64,000 nucleotides of DNA from NCBI GenBank assembly GCA_963805625.1, contig CAWDVE010000010.1, positions 96,001 to 160,000 on the forward strand, read 5' to 3'. Made by a program: the position numbers and the translations under genes. The number at the start of each line of letters is the position of its first letter. Position 1 is the stretch's first letter. The notes under the pieces were generated by a model. The model had not been told where the DNA came from. It did not search any database and saw nothing but the letters and a program-made list of their open reading frames with translations. This DNA is from an uncultured Candidatus Rokubacteria bacterium. Its GTDB lineage: Bacteria > Methylomirabilota > Methylomirabilia > Rokubacteriales > DASRDR01. Below, piece by piece: positions 42,904 to 52,066 of this stretch.

Positions 42904-43691
42904 GTCGGTATCCCGAGTTTCCGGTAGCAGCCCAGTTCCCTGACCTCAGTAATGGACTTAAGTTCGTCAAGCGCCTCGCGGGTATCTGCCGACCATGCAT
43001 AGTCAAGGAAGAACACATAATTTCCCATGCCCCGTTTGGACGGACGCGACTCAATCCGGGTAAGATTGATATTCCGCCGTGCAAAAACCCCGAGCAGGTC
43101 ATACAGGAGGCCGGCCCGATCCGTGCTTGGGTCGATGACGATACTGCACTTCTGTGCTTCGTCCGCACCGGGGTGCGTGCGGGAAACCAGGACGAACCGC
43201 GTTGTATTGGATGCATTATTCTCGACATTTGAGAGAATAACGGGGATTTTGTAGAGCGATGCCGCTGATACGGAGAGTATTGCCCCTGCGTTGGGAGTTT
43301 TCCGTGCTTCAAGAGCGCTGGAGGCATTACTGCTGGTATGGATGACCGGCACTCCCCATTCCCGTATCCGTTCACTGCACTGTTCGTGAGTCTGCGGGTG
43401 GGCATAGACCACCCTCATCCGTGAAAGAGGGACTCCGGATGCAAGATGGTGGTGGATGGGCATGAATATCTCCGCGGTAATAAACAGGGGGAACTTCAGC
43501 AACCCGTCGAGGGTCTCACCCACTCCCCCGGCTTCAGAGTTCTCGAGGGGCACCAGCCCGTCTCCTTCACCCGAGGCGACGGCAGCAAAGATATCATGGA
43601 TGGTCGATGCCAGCCGGATATCCGGCCATTGCATCCGTAGGGCAAGCTCGTGGGAGAAGGTCCCCTGCGGTCCCAGCGTGATAATGGTCAT
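42900..43691 (-). CDS. pheA: Prephenate dehydratase with ACT domain
   Basis: LGPQGTFS, PLENS, NTTRF and NLTRIESRP. Confidence 0.93.
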   Translation of the reverse strand: MTIITLGPQGTFSHELALRMQWPDIRLASTIHDIFAAVASGEGDGLVPLENSEAGGVGETLDGLLKFPLFITAEIFMPIHHHLASGVPLSRMRVVYAHPQTHEQCSERIREWGVPVIHTSSNASSALEARKTPNAGAILSVSAASLYKIPVILSNVENNASNTTRFVLVSRTHPGADEAQKCSIVIDPSTDRAGLLYDLLGVFARRNINLTRIESRPSKRGMGNYVFFLDYAWSADTREALDELKSITEVRELGCYRKLGIPT

Positions 43692-44512
43692 CGGTTCACC
43701 ATGTATTCGATCAGGGCATCGGTCGTTGTCATTCCCTCTGCGGCCCAGGCACCAAAATGCCTGCTGTCTGCAACAAAAAATTCCCGGAACAGTTCAGGCT
43801 GGTCTGATGCTACAATCCGGCTGAGATCTCCGGCAGCGGATGTGCAGGCAGAGAGGACTTCCGGTACATACGGGTTCAGCTGGAGAATATCCGCGTAGAG
43901 CGACGGGTCCTGCGATAGCAACCGCCCGACAAGGGCCAGTTCGATCTGGTAGACCGGGCTGGTAAATGCCCGGGTAGTTTCGATATCGATACCCAGGCGC
44001 CGGACTGAATCTGCCATGCAGAGGGTAACAAAGTGCGTGAGACCCTGGACAACGGCCATCATCCGGTCATGGGCTTCGGGAGTCGTGATGGTGCATTCTG
44101 CACCTTCTGCCCTGAGGATGGCAAGCAGCCCGCTGAGTGTGTCGTCACGGGCACGTGCCGGGCAGACGATGATGGTCTGGTGCCGGAGGGAACTGACGGT
44201 CGGCCCGAACATCGGGTGCAATCCTATGACCTGGGCCTTTGATCCCAGCATGGCTTCTACCGGACGCACCTTCAGCGAGGTCAGGTCGCACAGGAGCTGG
44301 TCCTCTGAGAGCAGGGGGGCGATCTCCTGTATGACCCGGACCGTGTCGCGGATGGGTACCGATACCATGACAAGATCGCATTCTCCGGCAAGTGCAGCCG
44401 GAGTGAGTGCCGTGGACCGCCCGGCCACCTCCACCTCGTATCCCGCCCGCTGTAAAATCCCGGCAAAGATCGCCCCCATCTTTCCGGTGCCGCCAATAAT
44501 TCCTGCCTTCAC
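43688..44512 (-). CDS. tyrA: Prephenate dehydrogenase
   Basis: GGTGKMG, DLTSLK, HPMFGP and HDRMMAVVQGLTH. Confidence 0.93.
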   Translation of the reverse strand: MKAGIIGGTGKMGAIFAGILQRAGYEVEVAGRSTALTPAALAGECDLVMVSVPIRDTVRVIQEIAPLLSEDQLLCDLTSLKVRPVEAMLGSKAQVIGLHPMFGPTVSSLRHQTIIVCPARARDDTLSGLLAILRAEGAECTITTPEAHDRMMAVVQGLTHFVTLCMADSVRRLGIDIETTRAFTSPVYQIELALVGRLLSQDPSLYADILQLNPYVPEVLSACTSAAGDLSRIVASDQPELFREFFVADSRHFGAWAAEGMTTTDALIEYMVNR

Positions 44513-44516
44513 GGTT

Positions 44517-45504
44517 TCACTTCTCAACAATGGTCTCTTTGACCGCCATGCCAAAATGCCTGCCGCCTGCAAGGGTGCATCCCATGATACGGTCCCCGAC
44601 AGCGAGGTTCACGACCGATATCGCATCTCCTCCGGGTGCAACCAGGCGGATGGTCTCGGCATTCTGGAGGATCAGGCTGACCTTTGCAGCCGGCTGCCTC
44701 CGCTTCCACCAGGAGCAGCGGACGCCGCTCGATCTTGGTCCTCCCCACAATGGCTGAATGTGCCTTTCCCGCTGCATCGGTGACAAGCACCTTTCCCCCA
44801 ATCGCAAGGTCGGAGAGATACGCCGTCTTTCCATCCGGCAGCAGGATATAGGCGTGGACGGCACCGGCATTTACCCGGAACGGGCGTGGAGCAACGTACG
44901 GGTTTTCCAGCGTCTCGGCATGGACAAGGAGCATGGCAGAGGATGTATTTCCCATCAGCATTCCTTCACCCTCCGGGAGCATCGAGCAGGTATCGACACA
45001 GACCCGGTCTCCCATGCCCACCGGCTGGATTTTTGTGACCGTGAAGGGGATGAGGCCAAGGTTCACGGCCGGTGATTTGACGAGGGATGCCACTTCCCTG
45101 ACCGTTGCCGGGTCGGTCGTCTTCAGCAGGATTCCGGCTGTACCCTTTTCGAGCACGTGGAGGGCAATCTCTGCTTCCTTTGCACTGGTAACCCGGGCGA
45201 TGATCCGGTCCGACTGGGCGACGAGGTTTTCCAGCGGGATGACCGTCCAGTCGCTGGTGGTCACGATGATGAATTTTTTATCACGGATACCGGCAGCAAG
45301 GTTTTCGCTTGCCTTGTCCGTGATCATGCATTCCGCGATATCGGGACCGATTTTCAGGTCACCGTCCGGAGCAATGGTGGTAATCCTCCCCAGTCGCCGG
45401 ACCGCTCCCGCATCATCGGTGACAATGGCATCCGCACCGCTCTCGATCGCCGTCGTTGCGATCTCCTTGTTCCACGGGCGGATATCGACCCAGAACTGTT
45501 TCAT
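44517..45504 (-). CDS. aroB': 3-dehydroquinate synthase II (frameshift near 44690)
   Basis: WTVIPLENL, GDRVCVDTC, RPFRVNAG and KIERRP; QNAETIRL...RHFG lies in another frame. Confidence 0.9.
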
Positions 45505-46286
45505 CCCGTGTGCCCCAGCGCCTGTTCCGGATCACTATTGTCATGGACGACTGCGCAGAGGGCTTTGACAAAAGACGTTGTGTCATCGCGCTGGAAGGAG
45601 TTCCTTCCCACGCAGACACCTGCCCCACCGACATTGACAGCGTCGCGGATGATCCTGAGGGACTCGAGGTCACCGGTCTTCTCGCCGCCGGCAATGAAGA
45701 CAGGTACCGAACAGGCCCTGACGATCTTCCCGAACGCCTCGGGATTGCCCGGGTAATTGGTCTTGATCATGTCCGCGCCCAGTTCTTCTGCCACCCGGAC
45801 CGCATGCCCGACCGACTGTGCTGAGAAGGAGTCGATCCCCTTGCCACGCGGGTAACACATGATAAGGAGCGGCATGCCCCAGCGGTTGCAGTCCCGTGCA
45901 ACATTGGCGCCGATCTCCAGCATCTTGGACTCGTTGGGTGAGCCGAGGTTGATGTGGATCGAGACCGCATCGGCGCCGAGCGCTATTGCCTCTTCCACGG
46001 TGCAGACCTGCACCTTGTCGTTCGGGTCCGGGTTGAGCGACGTGCTCCCCGAGAGGTGGATAAACAGGCCGATGTCGCGGCCGTGCTTCCGGTGCCCGCG
46101 CTTGACGAGCCCCTTGTGGAGCACGATCGCGTTTGCGCCCCCGTCACTCACGTCCGAGATGACTTTTGTCATGTCCAGCAGTCCTTCAATCTGTCCCATC
46201 GAGAACCCGTGGTCCATCGGTACGATGACCGACCGGTTCGTGTTCCGGTTCATTATCCGTTCGATCCGTATCTCTTTTCCAATCAT
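45501..46286 (-). CDS. aroA': 2-amino-3,7-dideoxy-D-threo-hept-6-ulosonate synthase paralogue (DhnA-type aldolase)
   Basis: VPMDHG, GADAVS, YPRG, ELGADMIKT and GRN. Confidence 0.85.
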   Translation of the reverse strand: MIGKEIRIERIMNRNTNRSVIVPMDHGFSMGQIEGLLDMTKVISDVSDGGANAIVLHKGLVKRGHRKHGRDIGLFIHLSGSTSLNPDPNDKVQVCTVEEAIALGADAVSIHINLGSPNESKMLEIGANVARDCNRWGMPLLIMCYPRGKGIDSFSAQSVGHAVRVAEELGADMIKTNYPGNPEAFGKIVRACSVPVFIAGGEKTGDLESLRIIRDAVNVGGAGVCVGRNSFQRDDTTSFVKALCAVVHDNSDPEQALGHTG

Positions 46287-46289
46287 GGT

Positions 46290-47080
46290 TCACACCTTCA
46301 GCAGTTCCATTGCCTCATCAACACCCTTCCCGTGATGCACGATACATGCCGCAGCCCTGACAAACCGGTCCGGCATCCGGTGCTGGAAGGCATTCCTGCC
46401 GATCGAGATCCCGGCTGCACCGCCGGCCATCGCACCTTCTATCAGCTCAAGGGTTGTGCGGTCATCGGTCTTTGAACCTCCGGCCACCACGACCGGTACC
46501 GGGCACCCCCGGGTCACCTCGCGGAAACTCTCCGGGTCACCGGTGTACACGGTCTTGACAATATCGGCGCCCAGTTCTGCTGCCACCCGTGCGGCGAGCT
46601 TGACCTGCTCGAGATCATTTGAGGTAGCGATGTTCTTCCCCCGGGGTACATCATCGCGAGGAGCGGCATGCCCCATTCCATGCATTCCACGGAAACGGCA
46701 CCAAGGTCTGCGAGCATCTTGGCTTCTGACTCGGCCCCGATGTTGACATGCATCGACACCCCATCGGCGCCCATCTTCAGGGCGTTTGTCACGGAATTGA
46801 CGAGCACCTTTTCGTTCGGGTCCGGTGCGAGCATCGTGCTTGCCGACAGGTGCAGGATTAACCCGATATCCCGTCCGCCCTGCCGATGTCCGTGGAGCGC
46901 CAGGCCCACATGGCCGATCACGGCATTTGCCCCGCCATCGGCGACAAGGTTGACGGTCTGCCCCATATCGATGAGGCCCGGGATCGGCCCGTTCGATACC
47001 CCGTGATCCATCGGGACGATGATGGTCTTCTTCGTATTACGATTCATGATCCGTTCCAGACGAATTTCCTTTCCTCTCAT
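46290..47080 (-). CDS. aroA': 2-amino-3,7-dideoxy-D-threo-hept-6-ulosonate synthase (frameshift near 46645)
   Basis: [21 protein letters not shown][RG], [12 protein letters not shown] and GRNAFQ. Confidence 0.87.
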
Positions 47081-47147
47081 AATAACAACAACAACCTCCC
47101 TCCGCATTCACACACGTTTTTATCAGTCGTGCAAACCAGAGGGCTTA

Positions 47148-47327
47148 TCAATACCAGTAATAAAACCGGTAATAAAACCGGAAATAAAAGCCAAAGAAGC
47201 TAAAAAAGCCGGAGACGCGTGACCATGCGGTCCCGACATTCAAAGACTGTTCAGAAACGATTTCACTGATGCAGCGGGAGAGCGAGCTATTAGAGATAAA
47301 GACATTCACGGGCGAAAAAACCCTCAT
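47148..47327 (-). CDS. Putative aromatic-amino-acid leader peptide (59 aa)
   Basis: MRVFSPVNVFISNSSLSRCISEIVSEQSLNVGTAWSRVSGFFSFFGFYFRFYYRFYYWY* followed by a second stop. 15 of the last 19 codons are Phe, Tyr or Trp. It ends 67 nt upstream of the aro operon. Confidence 0.75.
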   Translation of the reverse strand: MRVFSPVNVFISNSSLSRCISEIVSEQSLNVGTAWSRVSGFFSFFGFYFRFYYRFYYWY

Positions 47328-47376
47328 GAATGCGGTGGCACTCTTCCTGCATGGTTATTTTGTATGGGAGTATTGG

Positions 47377-47384
47377 TATTTAAG
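47377..47384 (-). promoter_or_regulatory. TATA box of the leader-aro operon transcript
   Basis: CTTAAATA on the minus strand, about 25 nt upstream of ATG 47352. Confidence 0.6.
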
Positions 47385-47394
47385 GGTGTGTGCT

Positions 47395-47405
47395 AATGCT
47401 TAGTC
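47395..47405. other. Junction between archaeal and high-GC bacterial sequence
   Basis: Abrupt change in GC content and codon usage; the bacterial ORF stops at the boundary. Confidence 0.9.
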
Positions 47406-48788
47406 CGGGTCGTCGGGACGCTGGGCGAACTGAAGGCTCAGCCCGTAGCGCCCCGGCTGGCGGCGACCGCGCTCTGACGGGAGCGTCGCAGTCGGGGCCA
47501 GCGCGGACGGGGCGCCGGCATCAGTCAAGGCCGCCGGTGGCGTGTCCGGAGCGTCCCGATCGCCGGCCGCTTCCCCGGATTGGCCCGCCGGGCCGGACAT
47601 GATTTCGGCTTCGGCCGGCGGCGCTTCCGCGTGCACAGGCGTGAGCGACCCCAGCAGATCGCTCCCGACGTCCCCGTCGCCCAGTCGCCCCGTGGGCAAC
47701 CGTTGCTGCCCGCCGGCCCGCCGCTCGACGAGTGAGGCAAGCAGGGGGAAATCCTCGGCGAGCTGCCCGAGCACCGACTCCAGATCCCGTTCGACTGGTC
47801 GGGCCGCGCGGCGCCGCGCGTGGTCTCCAGGGTCCGCGAGGTCGCCCCAGACGTCGAGCTGGGCGGTGACCGCTTCCTGGATCGCCTTCCGGTACGCGAG
47901 ATACACTGCGCCGCGGACGCCAACGCGGATGAAGTCGGCCTTGTTGAGGGTGAGGCACTCCGCAAGGGCAGGGGCCTCGATCAGGCCCCCGACCCGGTCC
48001 GGCGTTGCCGGCGTCAGTCCGAGCCAGTCCCAACCCCGCTTGATCACCTTGCCGAAGGTGCTGATCGCCAGGCCGCGTTGCTCTTCGGGTAGCGGCATTC
48101 TGTCGTGGACGAGGTAGCCCGCCGCGGACGGCTTCCGCTTCCGCGCCAGACGGACCGCGATGGGTGCGGACTCTATCCCTCGCCAGCCTTCGGGCGTGAG
48201 CCGAGAGCCGTTGAGCGCGAAGCCGACGCCGTGCGGATAGTGCGCGACCAGGATGGCAGCGAACCCAGGATCGAAGAGCGGCTGGAAATGTCGGCGAAGT
48301 GTAGCCTCGACGTATCCCGGGTCGAGAAGGGGCGAGAGCGGGTTTTGCAACCGGAGCCGAACGGCCGTCCCTCGACGGACGACGAGATCAGGCGGCGAAA
48401 TCCACCGCCAGGGCGCCCGCTGCCGGGAGGTGAGCCCCCAGGCCGTCGCGACGTGAACGGCGCCCCGACGGGTCTCGGTCACGACCTGCTCCGAGACCAG
48501 GAGCCCGAGCTTGATCCCGACTCCGGCGAAGCCGATGCCCTGGCCACGCGTCTTGCTCGTGGCCGCGATGTCATGGTAGCGCGCCAGCTCGCGGCGCCGC
48601 ATGCCCTGGCCGTCATCGACGACGGTGAGCGTTGCCGTCGCACGGTCGGTCAGGAGGCCGATCTCGGTGGCGCCGGAGTCGAGCGCGTTCGCCAGGACCT
48701 CCGTGAGGATCGTCTCCTCGATCGCGCCGGGATATGCGTCCCGGAGGTCCTCGAGGAGATGCAGGAGATCGACCCGCGTCTCGCCCAT
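47400..48788 (-). CDS. GHKL (HATPase_c) ATP-binding protein, probably truncated at the junction
   Basis: EVLANALDSG, DDGQGM, GFAGVGIK and RGT motifs. Confidence 0.8.
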   Translation of the reverse strand: MGETRVDLLHLLEDLRDAYPGAIEETILTEVLANALDSGATEIGLLTDRATATLTVVDDGQGMRRRELARYHDIAATSKTRGQGIGFAGVGIKLGLLVSEQVVTETRRGAVHVATAWGLTSRQRAPWRWISPPDLVVRRGTAVRLRLQNPLSPLLDPGYVEATLRRHFQPLFDPGFAAILVAHYPHGVGFALNGSRLTPEGWRGIESAPIAVRLARKRKPSAAGYLVHDRMPLPEEQRGLAISTFGKVIKRGWDWLGLTPATPDRVGGLIEAPALAECLTLNKADFIRVGVRGAVYLAYRKAIQEAVTAQLDVWGDLADPGDHARRRAARPVERDLESVLGQLAEDFPLLASLVERRAGGQQRLPTGRLGDGDVGSDLLGSLTPVHAEAPPAEAEIMSGPAGQSGEAAGDRDAPDTPPAALTDAGAPSALAPTATLPSERGRRQPGRYGLSLQFAQRPDDPD

Positions 48789-48801
48789 CGGTGGGATCGC
48801 G

Positions 48802-50367
48802 CTAGAGCGTCTCCACGAAGCCGGCGATCTCGTCGACCTGGAGGCCGGCGACGGCGATGGACGGGGCGTACACGACCTCGTCGCCTCCCCAGACGGTCGT
48901 GCCCTTGACCTCTCGCGTCACGCCGAGGACGCCATCGAGCACGCTCGTGATGTTGTCGCTGATCCGCACGGCGTTGGCCTTGAGGGGCACCGCGATCCGG
49001 CCGTCCCGGATCAGGTAAGAGTCGGCGACGACGGTGCAGGTGAAGTCGGCCGCCTGAAGCCCGTTGATCGGATACGTGTACCAGATGCGTCCCACGTAGA
49101 GCCCCTCGCCGACCCGCCGGCAGAGCTCGTCGAGCGACACGCCGTCCTGACCTTCCACGAAGACGTTGGTCGCGGCGGTGCCGGGCGTCGACCCGAAGCT
49201 CCGACCGCCACCGGCGGCGAAGCGGAAGCCGTTCCGCGCGGCGAGCCCGCCGGCGACCCCGGCCGGGTCGACTCCGAGCTTCGAACGGGCCTGCGGGTCG
49301 CGGAGGAGGCGCTGCGCCTCGTACCAGTTGGTGAGGAGGCCGGTCAGGATGCCGCCGGTGATCAGGTCCGTTCGACCGGTCGGGAGCCCCTCGCACGTGA
49401 TGCCCTTCGATCCCGTGAATCCCGGCAACGCGCCGTGGTCGTAGATCGAGATGGCCGGGGCCGCGACGCACTTGCCGAAGCGGCCGAGGAACGGCGTGGT
49501 CGACGCGTAGAAGCTGGACGCGTGGAGCGCGGGCAGGATCAGGTTGTTCAGGAGATCCGTGACGGGCTGGGGGCCCAGGACGATCCGGTAGCGGCCCGAC
49601 CGGATCCGCTCGCCGCCCAGCGCGCGGATTGCCCCGTGAGCCGCCTCCACGCCTGCCTCCTCTGTGAAGTCGTGGAGCCGCGTGCCGGTGGACCAGCCCG
49701 AGCCCTTCGCGTCCATTGCCTCGACCATGCCGGTCGTCGAGGCCGTGATGAGCGTCGACTCGTCGGTCTGGACCTCCGGGAGATGCGTCGATACGATGGC
49801 GACCCGCTCCTGCACGATCGTGACGTCGCCGCCGAGAAGAAGGCCGAGGCGTCGGAGGCCTTCCTCGCTCTCGGCGATCTCGGCGAGACGGGTGGACACC
49901 GTGAACGTCTGGAGGGCCCCGGTGACGACCCGCCAGCCAGCAGCGACGAGATCCTCGTCGTCGAGGTCGAGGAGTCGCGGGTCGTGGTAGCTTCCGAGCG
50001 TCCGCCGTTCCGGCCCAGGGCGGGGTAGGGAGACGAACGCGGGGTCATGCACGGCCCCCTCCCGGGCCTTGGCGAGCGCGCGCCGCACGCCCTCGCGGGA
50101 GAGGTCGGAGGGCTCGGATCCGAAGCCGAGGCGCGGTCCGTCCGCTCCGCGAAAGACCACCTGGAGTCCGATCCCGTGGGACGCGGTGGACTTCGGCTCC
50201 TCGACCCCATTGGAGGGGAGGTGCGACGCATAGGCGAGCCGCGCGAGCAGCTGGCCATTGGCCGCGGCGAAGACCTCGGCCTCGAGGACGTCGGGCACCG
50301 TGTGGAGGAGCTCGAGCGCCTCCCGCGCGGCGCGGGCGAGCTCGGGAGTCGTCGGTCCGGGTGCCAC
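48802..50367 (-). CDS. pmbA: TldE/PmbA-family protein
   Basis: IVLGP, TCEGLPT and DFT motifs; lacks HExxxH; follows tldD. Confidence 0.8.
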   Translation of the reverse strand: MAPGPTTPELARAAREALELLHTVPDVLEAEVFAAANGQLLARLAYASHLPSNGVEEPKSTASHGIGLQVVFRGADGPRLGFGSEPSDLSREGVRRALAKAREGAVHDPAFVSLPRPGPERRTLGSYHDPRLLDLDDEDLVAAGWRVVTGALQTFTVSTRLAEIAESEEGLRRLGLLLGGDVTIVQERVAIVSTHLPEVQTDESTLITASTTGMVEAMDAKGSGWSTGTRLHDFTEEAGVEAAHGAIRALGGERIRSGRYRIVLGPQPVTDLLNNLILPALHASSFYASTTPFLGRFGKCVAAPAISIYDHGALPGFTGSKGITCEGLPTGRTDLITGGILTGLLTNWYEAQRLLRDPQARSKLGVDPAGVAGGLAARNGFRFAAGGGRSFGSTPGTAATNVFVEGQDGVSLDELCRRVGEGLYVGRIWYTYPINGLQAADFTCTVVADSYLIRDGRIAVPLKANAVRISDNITSVLDGVLGVTREVKGTTVWGGDEVVYAPSIAVAGLQVDEIAGFVETL

Positions 50368-50489
50368 GGGAAGTCAATCTTCCTGTGGGGGAGCGGCGTC
50401 GCTCCGTCCCACGGCCTTCGGCCTGTGGCCCCAGACCTTCCAACCGCAGTGATCCAGGGGGGTGCGTGTGAGTCGGCGGCTCAAGTTCA

Positions 50490-52058
50490 TCAGTTCCCGC
50501 CGGTGAGCCGGGCGCGGCTTCGCATGGTGGGGCCGCCGTTGCCGAGCCGCTTTGTCTGCATGGGCTGCCCCTTGCCACAGTTCGGGATGGGATAGAGACG
50601 GAAGTCAGTACCCACCGCGTCGACGTTCATCAGGTAGTCGCGCGTGTCAGCCGTAATCCCCCCGTCCCGGTAGAGCCGTCCTAGCTCGCCGTTCCGAATC
50701 TCGTAGACCCGCCGCGCCGAGATCCGGAAGTTCTCGCGGCTCTCGGCAATCGAGGGAATCCGGTGCGCGACCAGGTAGTAGCCGCGCTCGACGTCCCGCA
50801 GGATCTGGCGGGGGTCGTCGACCCCTGCGCCGAACACCGTGTTTGACATCCGGATCAGCGGGACGAGCGACGCGTCGGCCGCCTTGTAGTGGCCGTTCGG
50901 CTCGCCGCCGAAAATCGCCGCGGTCTGGCGGCTGTTCAGGAATCCTCTGAAGACGCCCCGGTCGATGTGGACGACGCGGCGGGCGGGCGTGCCCTCGTGG
51001 TCGTAGGCGTAGTGGCCGTACCCGGGGAGTGCGGGGTCGGAGTAGGCGGACACGAGCGGGGAGGCGATGGGCCGGCCCACCTGCGTGTCGCCCAGGCCGC
51101 CGAGGAGCCACGAGCGTCCCGCGTAGGCCATCTCCATCTTCAGCCCGCGGTCCAGCTCGCTGGGATGGCCGACGATCTCGTGGGCGACGAGCGTGTTGTA
51201 GTGCGGGTCCGTGACGACCACGACGTCGCGATCGGTCGAGGGGAGCGGGGGGGCGGCCGCGAGCTCGATCGCCTCCCGCGCGAGGTCGAGCGCGAACGTC
51301 CGGAAGTCGGGCAGCTCCATGAACGCTTCGTGCACGCCGTCGGTCAGGATCTCCCACCCGCGCTGGTGGCCGACCACGTCGTAGAGCTCCTGGCTCGACT
51401 CCGCCGTCGTTCCCACGACGTAGGCCATGCCCTGAGTCAGCGCGAAGGTCTGGTCGATGAGAGCCCCCTCGGAGGAGCAGAACAGCTCTCGCGAGAGCTC
51501 CGTGAGGGTAGCGAGGTGGCTGTAGGTCAGGCGCGGATCGAGGGCGCGGATCTCCCGCCCGAGCTCGGTCGCCGTCCGGACCATGCTCTCGAGCGGCATC
51601 GTGCGCGGGTCGACGCGGTAGACGGCGGGGACGACGTCCCGCGCCACGCGGACCGGGGCCAGACGCGTGTCGGCGAGGCTCGCCCCCAGTCCGGGAAGCT
51701 TCTCGCGCGCCCCCGCCTTGGCCTCGCCGTTGGCGGAGGCCCGGCGGTGCGCCCGGCCGAGCGCGTCACGCAAGATCTCGCGGAGCTGCGGCAGATCGGC
51801 CGCGCCCAGGGTGCCGCCGAGGTACCCCGCGCCGACCATGCGGCGGCCGGCTAGCACCCGCACGCCGAAGGCGCACGCGTAGTCGTCGTTGGCGAACTTC
51901 GGCTCGCCGTTCTCGACGCTCGTCACCTTGCTCTCGGTCACCTCCAGCCGGACGTCGGCGTGGACGAGGTCGGGGAGGGTGCGGGCCCACCCCGTGCACA
52001 GGTCGGCGACCATCGCCTTGGCGCCGTCGATCAGATCGGTCGTGATGCCGCGCGCCAT
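50490..52058 (-). CDS. tldD: TldD-family metalloprotease
   Basis: HEIVGHPSE, YDHEG, RMSNT and CGKGQPMQ. Confidence 0.88.
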   Translation of the reverse strand: MARGITTDLIDGAKAMVADLCTGWARTLPDLVHADVRLEVTESKVTSVENGEPKFANDDYACAFGVRVLAGRRMVGAGYLGGTLGAADLPQLREILRDALGRAHRRASANGEAKAGAREKLPGLGASLADTRLAPVRVARDVVPAVYRVDPRTMPLESMVRTATELGREIRALDPRLTYSHLATLTELSRELFCSSEGALIDQTFALTQGMAYVVGTTAESSQELYDVVGHQRGWEILTDGVHEAFMELPDFRTFALDLAREAIELAAAPPLPSTDRDVVVVTDPHYNTLVAHEIVGHPSELDRGLKMEMAYAGRSWLLGGLGDTQVGRPIASPLVSAYSDPALPGYGHYAYDHEGTPARRVVHIDRGVFRGFLNSRQTAAIFGGEPNGHYKAADASLVPLIRMSNTVFGAGVDDPRQILRDVERGYYLVAHRIPSIAESRENFRISARRVYEIRNGELGRLYRDGGITADTRDYLMNVDAVGTDFRLYPIPNCGKGQPMQTKRLGNGGPTMRSRARLTGGN

Positions 52059-52066
52059 CGCTCTGC

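Noticed and set aside
47151-47190. 12-bp tandem repeat (TAATAAAACCGG) as a CRISPR or operator array
   Set aside because: There are no spacers, and the period is a multiple of three that encodes RFYY-RFYY.
47123-47239. Alternative-frame 38-aa ORF MSGPHG...AFISGFITGFITG...
   Set aside because: It is a by-product of the U-rich leader. The aromatic frame explains the composition and the operon context far better, though this frame is not formally excluded.
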